From Setoptus koraiensis (lineage: Eukaryota; Animalia; Arthropoda): DNA of 64,000 nt. This document shows positions 13,061 to 24,636 of this stretch, in pieces; the stretch's first letter is position 1, and every line of letters starts with the position of its first letter. The notes beneath the pieces are model-generated. The model was given only the letters and a program-made list of their open reading frames with translations. It was not told where the DNA came from and ran no database searches. The position numbers and the translations under genes are program-made. The stretch is taken from positions 17,236,001 through 17,300,000 of the forward strand of contig CM106585.1 of assembly GCA_048013815.1 (NCBI GenBank), in the 5' to 3' direction.

Positions 13061-16000
13061 AATGACAACACAATTTCTTATTAACGCACGAGCATTAACT
13101 ATGGCCGCTGACTGGGGCCCCGACCGCGCCCGCCGACTATGGCGACCGAAACAAATACCCGGCGCAACGGGCACCGACCAGCGCAGCAACAACCAGCGCG
13201 ACAATAATGAGCGCAACAATAATATCGCGCCGGCGACAATTAGCGAACCGGAAGCGCCACTGGAAACCTGCCCGGCGTCTGTTTATTTCACGCCCCATTG
13301 AGTGTATTGATTGTTGCGGCGGAGCGTCTATTATAGATTACTCTGTGCGCGTTATTGCTCTGTGCCACACCGCCGTATACGTGCGGTATACGTGCCGTAT
13401 ACGTGCCGTAAGCGCCCTGTGCATATCGGGCCCCATATAGTCGAGGGGCCCCATTTGAAAATGCTGCTTGCGCGCCACTCGGTGAGTCAATCAGCGATGA
13501 CGTTTAGCGCCCAACGGGATGACGCAACGAATTGTTGCCAACTGCACACCGACTGCAATGTGACAGCAATTTGGCGCACAGTGGCGTCACGAGTAGACAG
13601 CGGATAACTGGCACAAGATAATTATAATTTCCAAACTGGCTAAGACAGTGCCCTACAACGCTGTATAGATGGCAGTTGAGTTGCCGCAAAAAAGACCAAA
13701 ACGGGGCCCATTTGTCAAAATGGGTGCGCTCGGCAGCGACAGGCACGAATCACTTTTGCGTGGCAGTCGGCGAGCTGATTGCGCTGCGTCGCGTCGCGTC
13801 TACACGACGACAATATGATGATATTACCGGAAGGGGCCCAGATTGGGCGCCGAAATTCATCGCGCCGTCTGGCGCTTCATTTCGGCAACCGATTGGCCCC
13901 CGATGCAACAGCCCGGCCCCAGACAATGGGTCTCAATTAGCGCGAAAAAGCAGAGATAAGCGAAAGTTTACATAAAAGCGGCAGAGTTAGTCGTGCGCGC
14001 AAATCATCATCCGCTGCCGATTCGGGGGGCCCAATTGTGTTTTGCTTCACTTGCTCCGCTCGGCCAACTGGTCGCTATCTGGCTAGTTTAGTTGCGGCCC
14101 AAATCGATTGATTAAATGGCCGTAACGCGACGCTGCGACCCGACCCGGCGCGACCCGGCGCGACATGACGAACGTATGTGATCATGATAATAATCATGAT
14201 GAGAATAAATTATGCTGCCGCTCGCGCACACTTGGCCCGCTTCACCATTCTACTGTCGCCATCTATGTTATTAATTATTATTATTGTCGCCTCCTTATTA
14301 TTGCCTTATTATTAATGGCTGGCATTGTTGTTGTTGTTGTTGTTGCCGATGTTATGTCATCATCATCGTTGATGTTGTTATATCATCGTGCGCTGACAAC
14401 TAGTGAGAGATACGACAAAGGAGGATAAATTACGTAATGCACTCTATGTCGGCGGCACAGCAGCACATGACTCATTAATTCATTAGTGACAATGGCAGCG
14501 GCGCAGTCGCTCTGGCGTGCCCATCACGGCACACAATTAAAAAAATGCTCACGCCCTCGCAATGATGACGTCCAACGTCTAATGGACGGCGGCGCGCGCA
14601 GTGGCGCAGCGAACAATTTGGCCGAATTTGGAAGATTTCTTCGGATTGGGGCCCATTTCGCGCACTTTAGCCACTCACAGCACAGCATACCGGTGGCATG
14701 GTGGCGCAATGCGCACAGTTTGTGCAAAAGGGGGCGCACAATTGTGCACGCGCACGCAATCACTCAGGCTGTTGCAATCTGTGCAAATGGGCGCCACTGG
14801 GCGCCATCAATAATGATTGATGACACATGCAACTGGGTCTTTTTGGGGCCCACTCTGCTTACTTGCTGCGGCGCGTAGAGTGGTGCGTGTGCATTGATGA
14901 CGCAACAACAAACAATCTATCCACGTCTGCTGACCTGGCCGCCAGTGAGCCACTGATAGGGGGCACGCGCGCAAACGTGTTACCCGAAACTGATGTGCTG
15001 TGCTGTGCCGTGCGCGATACATTTTTCCGTTTGTCGATATAGTTTTGGCATGTGCACGTAGCGATGGCCAGCGAGATAGGCCGTGCAACCGGGGGGGGGG
15101 GAGGGGGCCCGATATAGACATGAATATGAATATTGAGCGCATACGGCATACGCTTGGTGAGTATATAATAAGTATATGGTGAGCGGGCGTTTAGCGAGCG
15201 TTGTTACGTAAGTGCCGGCGAGAGTGCCAGTTTGTGTGTGTGTGTTGGTGTTGTGATAAAATGAGCCGGCAACGTAACACTTATTAGCCAGTAAACGTAT
15301 TGACAAGCGTGAACAACATTAAATGGCGACACACACACGCACGCATGCACGTTTGCACGTTTGCACGTTGGCACGTTGATGCGCCAACGTTGAACGTTGT
15401 TGAATGTTGTGCGCGCTAACAAGCTGCCGGTGCTGCTGTAAATGTTATGTAAGAGTGGTGGCACATAATATGCACATTATTGGGCAACACTTGGCGCAAC
15501 TATCAACTGACAAGTTGCCAGTCGAGAGCTCAGTCATCAGACAATACAGATAGACAGGCAGTGTCGGCCGTGTCATTTATTATAGTGTCAGATTACACAG
15601 CAATTCGGGCTTGCCGGGCCCAGCTCAGCGCGTTGACAGCCATGCTGAAGCATGCTGCAGCATGCTCAACTATGCTCGACTATGCGCAACTATGCGCAAC
15701 TATGCTCAACTATGGCGACTGAACTATGGCGAATGGCGACGCAACGAGCCACGGCAAGGGGGCGAGGGGCCCCAATAGCTGGCCATAGAGGCGAGTGACA
15801 GCACAAAGACGACACTCGATATAGAGCGCAAGATATAGAGATAGCAAGATGATGATGATCATCATGTTGATTAAGCAACAAGATGCCTCATCAGTGAGGC
15901 CAGCGGGGCCGCGCTCCATCCATTGACGGGCCCAAAGACACAGCGTAATGTGTCAAGAGGCTGGCGGGTGTCTCCGGGGCGGCCCGTTGGCAGCGCGCGC

Positions 16001-16977
16001 GACGGTATCAATCGAACGAGCGAGCTCGTGTGTCAAACGTGTGTCTCGGCTGGCATGAGGCCAGTATGAGCCGACACTATGAAGAATCGAATATCAATTA
16101 TGCGCGCTCGGCTAGTATTGCACGTAACCACGGCTCACAGTTATATAACAGCAGTTATACAGCTGTTATACAACAGCAGTTATACAACAGCAGTTATTCA
16201 GTTTCAATTGGGCGCTAGGAACTTGTCAATGGCGCTTGTCGGCGCCCAAACAACAAGATGTTGATGGATTGCGTCATGGCGACTGGATTATTGTCGCCGG
16301 CGCTGGCGTCTAAGCACTCTCGCGTGAGCGACATGTGTACACAGCGCATATATGTGCGTATGTCGCTATATGTATACATCGAGTTGCGAGTTGCGAGTCG
16401 CGAGTCGCGACACGAGCGCATAGCGACCTACATAGTAATACTATGATAGTATGTAGGCCGGCGGCATGTGCATATGCGCGACTTTAAATGGGCACCCCCC
16501 CCCAATGATGCGATTCAATTGCGCGACATTGGCAGTCGGCATAACGGGCCCATCGCGCCGCTGACAAGAGACCATGCCAGTTATTAATGATGATAATGCG
16601 CTCGATGCTATTACATTGAAACGTAACCGGCGATATAGATCAAAGATGAGCGCGAGCAGATAGCTCCAGACGCCACTCTAATGGTGACGTGCGTAGCTAA
16701 ATGCTAAAAGGGGCCTATTCATTTATTTATGTCGCTGTCGTCGGCGTCGTCGGCGTCGTCGGCGTCGTAGGCGTCGTGGGGGCCGTCGCTACTCCTGAAT
16801 GGCCCGCTCGTACCCGGTGGCAGCGCCGAGTCGGGCCCGTCAGGCGCCCACTGGCATTGTATCCGATATACGCGATATATGCGATATACGCGATATATAA
16901 GATTGCTCGGTCGCTAATTCATGCGATCCATGCGACGGGCGCGCTAATGGCCGGCAACACCGGTCCGCCGGGCGCTG

Positions 16978-17043
16978 GCGGTGCCCAATGCGAGCGGTGC
17001 CCAATGCGAGCGGTGCCCAATGCGAGCGGTGCCCAATGCGAGC
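16978..17043. repeat. 16-bp perfect minisatellite GCGGTGCCCAATGCGA x4
   Basis: Four identical units, 16978-17041. Confidence 0.95.
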
Positions 17044-18649
17044 AGCGTCAGGGCAAAAAGCCGAGAGTGGAAAAAGTGAAAAATAAATCTAAAAAACTAT
17101 TTATACGTCACGGGCCAAATTTGCATATTGGGCGCCGGCATGATGACCTATGGGTGCGATATGACACTCGTTGTGATATAAGCGACGGCACATATGAGCT
17201 GCAACAAGCGTGCCTGTCAGTGGCGCTGACCCCAGCGCCAGTCAATGATGATAGACGACCATTCAATGATGACTGTATTCTCAAACGCTGTCACCATGCC
17301 AGTTGAATGCATGCTAAATGAAGAATGAATGATGATGAGAGTGCCCTTTTTATTTGCAATATCTCTCTATTATATTCTCTATATATCCATTATATTGCTA
17401 TTCGTTGTCGTCATTGTTGTTGTGCCGTGTCTGTTGTGTGTCACAACAAATTTTGTCATCAGTACGTACGCGTAATAATCGCGTAACAATCAAATTATGC
17501 GATGAATAAAAGCGTGTGTGTGTGTGTGTGTTCGTGTCACAACACGTAACAAAACACTGCCGGCGACCTGAAGTAGCGACCGTTGTCTCAACGCACCAGC
17601 AGCATGACAGCAAATATAGATTTGTTGCGTCATTGTCGCACACAGATTACAACAAAAAAATACTGTCGTTTGCTGCAACGTTATCATTATCATTATTATT
17701 ATCGTTATTGTTATCATGTAGCATTACAATAATACGTGCACTATACCCACACAGTATTCATGCTACAACTACGCACCAACTACAACCAATCGACAATATG
17801 TTACGTAATGTTAATTGATGCGTGATAATGGCTCAATGTACCCATGGCCAACTTTAGAGCAAACGCAGCTCGAGTTATTATTTATTTGTCGGGCCCGGCT
17901 CACAAACGGCGGCCCGCAAACAGTGGCCCGCAAACAGTGGCCCGCAATGAGTGTCGCAACTTGCGACAGTGTCGGCCGTTGCACTGAAAAGTTTGCGAAG
18001 CTTAAAAAGTTGCCATCGACGGCGATATCGTGATGTCGCGTATGATCGCAACCGAAAGCAAACAACATTTTGCAATATCGGCCAATAGCGTCGCCAATAT
18101 TCAGGCCGCCGCCGCCGCTGCCGCCAAACAATCGCCGGCCAGCGACAAGAAGCACGCGCCAATATTATATTGTATTATGTTTTATTTATATGTTATTAGC
18201 GGCAACAGCGCCCAACCGACAACAACAGCGACAACACCGACCCGAAATATGACGCAAACAAACAACGAAGCGGGGCGGAAATCATTATGTAACGATGACA
18301 AGAGTTGTAGTTGTTGTCGCGCACAGGCCAGAGCAAGATTGTTGTTGTTGTTGTTGCAAATCATTACAATTGGGCGCAAATCAATACAAATCAATTCAAT
18401 TCCATCAAGTGCTCACCGAACATTCGCTGACAAATGGGCGCGATGGGCGAGATTCGCTGTGAAGTTTGCTGCGAAATTCGTTGAGAAATTCGACGGAATC
18501 GCGCGCGAACAATGGCCCGAATTGCGAGCAGCGATGATTCGCGAAATTGTTACAAAACAGTGGGCGTGACCTGATATTGAATTACATTTAAAACAGTTTC
18601 CTTTCGCCTTCTCGGGGCCGCACCAACTTGCAACTGTGTTCGTGTTGCC

Positions 18650-18731
18650 GCCGTTGTTGTTGTTGTTGCCGCCGTTGGTTGTTGTTGTTGCCGCTGTTGT
18701 TGGCGCTGTTGTTGCTGTTGTTGTTGTTGCC
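18650..18731. repeat. (GTT/GCT/GCC)n trinucleotide tract
   Basis: Read directly from sequence. Confidence 0.9.
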
Positions 18732-20424
18732 GTCGCACCGGCAGTGCAAACACAACTTTAAAACAGTTTATAATAGCTCGCGAGCTTTATGCGTTTTATA
18801 TTGCAGTTGTTGTTGTTGGCGCTGTTGTGGGCCCCGACACTCATTCATGTAATTCAATTTCGTTCGCGCGCGCCCTTTCCGTGCGTGCGGCCCCAAGAAA
18901 GTTTGCGCTCCGGCAATTCAAATCCAATTGTGTTGTTGCCGCTCAACCGTGCGGCTCTTACTCTAACTTGCCGTTGTTGCTGTTGCTGCCATAAATCTGC
19001 TGCTATTACGTAAAAAACAACAACAACAACAACTAAATTCTCATCTCTCGCTGCAGTGCACTGCTGATAAAATATGATAATCTTCAAGCTGTAATAACTA
19101 TAATGACGATAATCCCTTTACAGCTAACAAAAATTGCGTATAACGCAAAAATTGTAAATCACGAGCATATTCATACCGTCACGTTATTACGCACATTGTG
19201 GGGCGCCGCTGCTCACCTGGGCGCAGCGCCACCTCTGGGCCACCGATCGAACGCACCTGGCAGGATGGTCAGCACGCTAGGTGGCGCTTGGGGGGAAGGG
19301 GGGGGGGCGCCCCAGTGAAAGTGACCAGTGCAGCGCAAGGCACTGCCCCGCACAGCGCCCCTAGCAGCGGTGCGCAGTACTAATGGTGGTGCAAACCAGA
19401 TGCGCTTGCACAGTACACACACTGTTGTAATTTCTAACACAGCTCTTGTAAGACACACACACACACACACACAGGCTGGCTATAAAGCTTTACAGTAGTA
19501 ACAGGCGGAGTTGCCATAACAAGTGCGGCAACACACAAGTGGCGCGTGCTTCGCCCAATCACGCCGAACGAACGAATTCTTTTCGCCGCCACACCACACA
19601 TCAATATGAACGCACAGTCAGACGCACAGGCACACGCCCAAGGGCACACAAACGGGCAACCAATGAGACAGACGTGCATGGGCACTGCTCAAACATAAAG
19701 GAGAACAAATTGCAAGGACAGGGAGAGATTTACGGGGGAGAGAAGAGCTCGCGCAAACTCGCACCATCACGATGATGCGATGGAATGTGTGCTCTGGCAG
19801 CCGCACTGCTTGAGCCACTGCTGACTTTAGTGTGTGTGTGTGTGTGTGTTCTTTGTTATTTTTGCATACAGTCGTTGGTGCTTATGTTCACTGCCACTGT
19901 ACCACTAATGCCGTCAATACTACAGCACACACACAATCAAATTGAATCAATAACTCACCACAAGGCCAAAAACTAAATTACTGAACCATCTATTATCTAA
20001 TTAGCCATTTTGATTGTGACCATCATGCTGCCCATGTGTGTCACTTAGGAGGAGCGGCCATTTTGTTCATGTCTCTATTGTTGTTGTTGTTGTTGTTGTC
20101 GAATGCAGTAGCACACCAATTATTTTAGGCATAGAATCGAATCTTTACAATCGAACTATTGGACAATGCAACCCGACACATTCTGCGATCCCACCACCTA
20201 ACGCTCGACACTGGCCACTTGGCTCCCGGGACCAATACTGATCAACTCATTCGCCACCACCAAGTTGATTAGGATTTAATTCATCAGAACATATGAGAAT
20301 TTTATTATTTTACCAAATTTGATTCTATTCAATCCGAATTAGCGAAAGGAAGAGCAAAATAATAAAATTTCACTAGCACACAACCATTAGATGCCACAAC
20401 AACTGTTTTAAAGCACTTACGGAA

Positions 20425-23400
20425 ATGATGCAAGACATTACTAACAAAAATATGGCCGGCTTGCTCACCAACGGCGCCAGCGGAGGTGCCAACAATGCAA
20501 TCATGTCGCAAGCCTGTAACAGCCACCAGCAAAGCAACAAACAACAAACAGCCATCAACTCACAACAGACAGCTTATGACAGCAAATTGCGGAGTCATCT
20601 GAAAAAAATGGAACTTCTCCTAGACAATGCATCTAATCAATTGAGGCAAGACAATCAATCTTTTAAACAACAAACCATATTTACCACTGTATCCTCTGCA
20701 CTTACCACATCGAACCAATCGCCACAATCACCAACAACCAACAACAATCCCATGCTTAATACTAGCACATTACGAAAACAACAACGAGAAAAGACTACTA
20801 GGGAGGCCACACTTGAGGATATAGACACACTCAAAAGTGTTCTATCGTGCCCAATATTTAATCGCTTGATAGATATACAAGACTCACTGGATAGGCTGAG
20901 CCAACAAATGCAATTGCACCCCTCTATATCATTGGCCGATTTTGACATCGATGAAAATAGTGGTGAATTAATATTGGCACCACCAATTGAAAGTCAGGAC
21001 TTCTCCAATGATGTCAATTCTAATGTAACTACATCAATCATCAGCAACAATCCAGCCTCTATTTTGCATCAGCACCATCATCACCACCACCACCAAGACC
21101 AACAAACAATCTACAACAATTGTCAAGAACAAAACGATTTTGATCATAAAACAGAAATAATTTTTGATGAGGGCAATATTCAAAACGATTATCATTTAGC
21201 TTTCAACAGCTCTCAGTTCGATGCTCATCAGCACGTGCTAAACTCATTGCAAAATAATCTACAGACAGACGATCAAAGGCACGATCTTATCAATCCCACC
21301 TACCATGAACATCATCTTGATGAATCATCCATAAATGAAAATAACAATTCTGTACTCTATTCTACTGTCAATCATTCCAACGGAAATCGTAAGAATTCTT
21401 GCACAAATAAGTCCATGGAAATCGCAAACATAACAAACAAAATCCCACAGCACGAAAATAATGTAAAACATGATCAGCATAACATGTCTGATGCTAGTGA
21501 CATCGCCGACAGCTCTACACTTTATTCTGCCATAAAAACCAACGATAGTAATAAACAACTACAAAATTCAACAACAGAATTCAATGACCACCACAAATTA
21601 ACTGCTAATGACCAGACTCTAGACGATGAATTGATTGATCATCAACGACGATCAAACTCTATTGTCACAGCTCAGTTACTACCTGCTAGTGTCACAGGCA
21701 AACAAACCAGTGTAACAACTAATAATCCTCCGAATCAAGTTCAACTAACAACCTTGGACTCTTATTCCACCACTACTATCGTGACACCAGTTGCCGAAAA
21801 GTTACTTGATAGTGACATTAATCTGACGAGTAGGGCCTCTTGCTCACCTTCCACGTCAATCGGATCTGCGGTAAAGCTCGTCGATGAAGGGTACAGTGGC
21901 GCGTCATCGCTTCAATCCAACCTCGAGAAGCAGAACACTAATGGGGGTACCCCGTTGCCTCAAACTCGGACCCTCAACTCGAGCAATAACAATCAAACTT
22001 ATTCGGTTAGAACTAATCGCAGTTCCACCTTTCAAGCCAATGTTCCTTTAGAACCTTTATCTCCAACAAAGCCTATAACAAATGACACTAAATCTTCAAG
22101 TAACTCCTTAAAGAAAATGAAGCAATTGAACATCACAGATCCAAGAGAGACATTTCCTTGCACTGACAAATCAGTTGAAAGGTTGAAAGTCACTTTAGAG
22201 AAGAATGAACGTGGCCTAGGTATCACAGTTGCTGGCTTTGTTTGTAATAATAATCAAGAAGAGGCTGTTGCAGGTATATTCATCAAAAGCATTGAACCAA
22301 ATAGTCCCGCAGCCTTGAATGGGAATATTCGAATCTCAGATCAAATCTGCGCTGTTGATGGGATAGAACTTACTGGATTCAACAATAAACAGGCCGTGGA
22401 AGTTTTGAAGAAGACTGGAAAGACACTAACTTTGGAGTTATTGAGAGTTGAACATGTTGCACAACCGATCGGCCATGCTAATCCGAGATCATGTCTCACA
22501 CCCCAGTCAACGAAGCTGTCTGGTTTAGTAAATCATCAAATATTAAAGAGTGACAAAGTTCAAGGGAAAGCCTCTCCAGTTGAATCAACCAACCAAGCGA
22601 GGCATCAACAAAATAACAAGCCTCTACCAGCACCCAAACCTTCTTCTATCGTCATGTTCTCCAACACTAATCATACCACATCAAGCTCAAATCGAGCCAT
22701 GGAAAGCATTCTAAACGGTAGACAACAAATGTCATCGGCGAAAAAGGGGCCCGCTCCTCAGCCTCCTCTCCACAAAATGTCTAGCATGACTTCCAACTCC
22801 GATGATGCTGATTGTACGACATCTGCACGTAGACAATCTACTGGAAACAATATTATAGAATCAGTGAGCGGATCGAGAAATAAAATAAACATATTATCAA
22901 AAACAAGTCCCATGGTGAGAACGTGCGCCGAAGTTACAATCGATGTGAAGAACCCGGCGATGCAACAGCCTGTGCAAACGCACAATACAGATACATTCTC
23001 GACTTCGCGACTCAATCCTAACCAAATAGAACCAGATGGTTCTCCAAGTTTAGTTAATTTTACAAGTCAGGATACAAAAATGACCGCTAAAAAGATCATC
23101 TGCGATTCCGATACTATCACATCTTCAAACGAGAACGATGGCAACCTTTTAAACTCGGCAGACATGGTAATTGACAACTCTTATAGTAATTTCATATCCA
23201 AGACAGATACACTACCAATGTGGGATGAGAAAAGCAAGGCCCAGATCATCCAACTCAATAAGGGCAACCAAAAAGGCCTTGGGTTTTCAGTCCTCGATTA
23301 TCATAATCCGATAGATACAAAGCAAACAGTCATAGTCATAAGAAGTCTTGTTCCGGGTGGTATAGCCGACCTAGATGGACGTCTTGTTCCTGGTGATCGT

Positions 23401-23556
23401 TTACTCTTCGTTGATGATAAGGATCTTAGGGACGCCACTCTGGAAGAGGCGGTGAAGGCATTGAAGGAGGCAAACGGTTTGGTTAGCCTTGGAGTTTTAA
23501 AGCCTATACCTTATTACAACTCTGGCAAGACAGAGAAAAAACATCATTTTACCTAG
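20425..23556 (+). CDS. Patj: Patj/MPDZ-family polarity scaffold (L27 + two PDZ domains), intronless, 1043 aa
   Basis: L27-like segment (DIDTLKSVLSCPIFNRLIDIQDSLDRLSQQM...DFDIDENSGELIL). One PDZ with GLGITVAG (~22177-22449) and one with GLGFSVLDYHNPID...VIRSLVPGGIADLDGRLVPGDRLL (~23239-23505); both are characteristic of Patj/MUPP1. Confidence 0.88.
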   Translation: MMQDITNKNMAGLLTNGASGGANNAIMSQACNSHQQSNKQQTAINSQQTAYDSKLRSHLKKMELLLDNASNQLRQDNQSFKQQTIFTTVSSALTTSNQSPQSPTTNNNPMLNTSTLRKQQREKTTREATLEDIDTLKSVLSCPIFNRLIDIQDSLDRLSQQMQLHPSISLADFDIDENSGELILAPPIESQDFSNDVNSNVTTSIISNNPASILHQHHHHHHHQDQQTIYNNCQEQNDFDHKTEIIFDEGNIQNDYHLAFNSSQFDAHQHVLNSLQNNLQTDDQRHDLINPTYHEHHLDESSINENNNSVLYSTVNHSNGNRKNSCTNKSMEIANITNKIPQHENNVKHDQHNMSDASDIADSSTLYSAIKTNDSNKQLQNSTTEFNDHHKLTANDQTLDDELIDHQRRSNSIVTAQLLPASVTGKQTSVTTNNPPNQVQLTTLDSYSTTTIVTPVAEKLLDSDINLTSRASCSPSTSIGSAVKLVDEGYSGASSLQSNLEKQNTNGGTPLPQTRTLNSSNNNQTYSVRTNRSSTFQANVPLEPLSPTKPITNDTKSSSNSLKKMKQLNITDPRETFPCTDKSVERLKVTLEKNERGLGITVAGFVCNNNQEEAVAGIFIKSIEPNSPAALNGNIRISDQICAVDGIELTGFNNKQAVEVLKKTGKTLTLELLRVEHVAQPIGHANPRSCLTPQSTKLSGLVNHQILKSDKVQGKASPVESTNQARHQQNNKPLPAPKPSSIVMFSNTNHTTSSSNRAMESILNGRQQMSSAKKGPAPQPPLHKMSSMTSNSDDADCTTSARRQSTGNNIIESVSGSRNKINILSKTSPMVRTCAEVTIDVKNPAMQQPVQTHNTDTFSTSRLNPNQIEPDGSPSLVNFTSQDTKMTAKKIICDSDTITSSNENDGNLLNSADMVIDNSYSNFISKTDTLPMWDEKSKAQIIQLNKGNQKGLGFSVLDYHNPIDTKQTVIVIRSLVPGGIADLDGRLVPGDRLLFVDDKDLRDATLEEAVKALKEANGLVSLGVLKPIPYYNSGKTEKKHHFT

Positions 23557-24150
23557 TATTTCTACAGGTGCCATAATCTATTACCGCAAAGTTAGTTCCT
23601 GTTACATTCTTAACTTGACAATTCCTCATATGGTTCAACGAAAATTTTCTATCCAAACTAACGGAATCCAAATAAACTAAACAAATAACTAGAGATTTAA
23701 CCATTTCATCTCCCACGCGAGATGGTCAATTCAAGGAAGTCGTGTATTTTAGTAAAGTATTATTGCAACCTTTAGCTAAGCTTATATATTCTACAAACGA
23801 TACAGTCGATGGGTACATAGACTGGTTCCATACATCCAAATAATTTCATACCACAGTATTCACAACTTGATCACTAATCATTTCATGTTGGCCTATGAGT
23901 TAAATTGAGTGATAACAAATTTTCCACTTTCTCCGAGTCTCTTTCTCAATGATCCAACAATCACTGATAATATGTCTTACAGAGTATATATCTTCGTTAG
24001 ATCGTTTTAAGAAACCTGCAATGTTGAAATGAGTAGTTCCTTGACGTATTAATGATTTGCTACGTGTTGAGATCACTGTCGTTCGAGATACTTATATCTT
24101 GAATATTCTCATTCATCTGACTTGAAAGTTACAATCGGATTTACCTTGAA

Positions 24151-24636
<486 letters not shown>

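Larger units (their letters stand above)
1..20200. other. Non-coding, microsatellite/minisatellite-rich, GC-richer gene desert (probable long regulatory or intronic region)
   Basis: No ORF has a recognisable domain; the longer ORFs are translations of simple repeats (polyQ/V/T, HNTL repeats). GGCC, GGGCCC and GCGC are abundant. Composition changes abruptly near 20.2-20.4 kb. Confidence 0.75.

Noticed and set aside
11044-17043. Regular short repeat arrays as possible CRISPR-like arrays
   Set aside because: The units are head-to-tail with no unique spacers, the context is eukaryotic and there are no cas genes.
44-20241. Dozens of 60-234 aa ORFs in the first 20 kb (polyQ, polyV, HNTLHNTL, CAVYCAAY etc.)
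   Set aside because: They are translations of simple repeats, are open in several frames and on both strands, and contain no domain motifs or coherent splice pattern.
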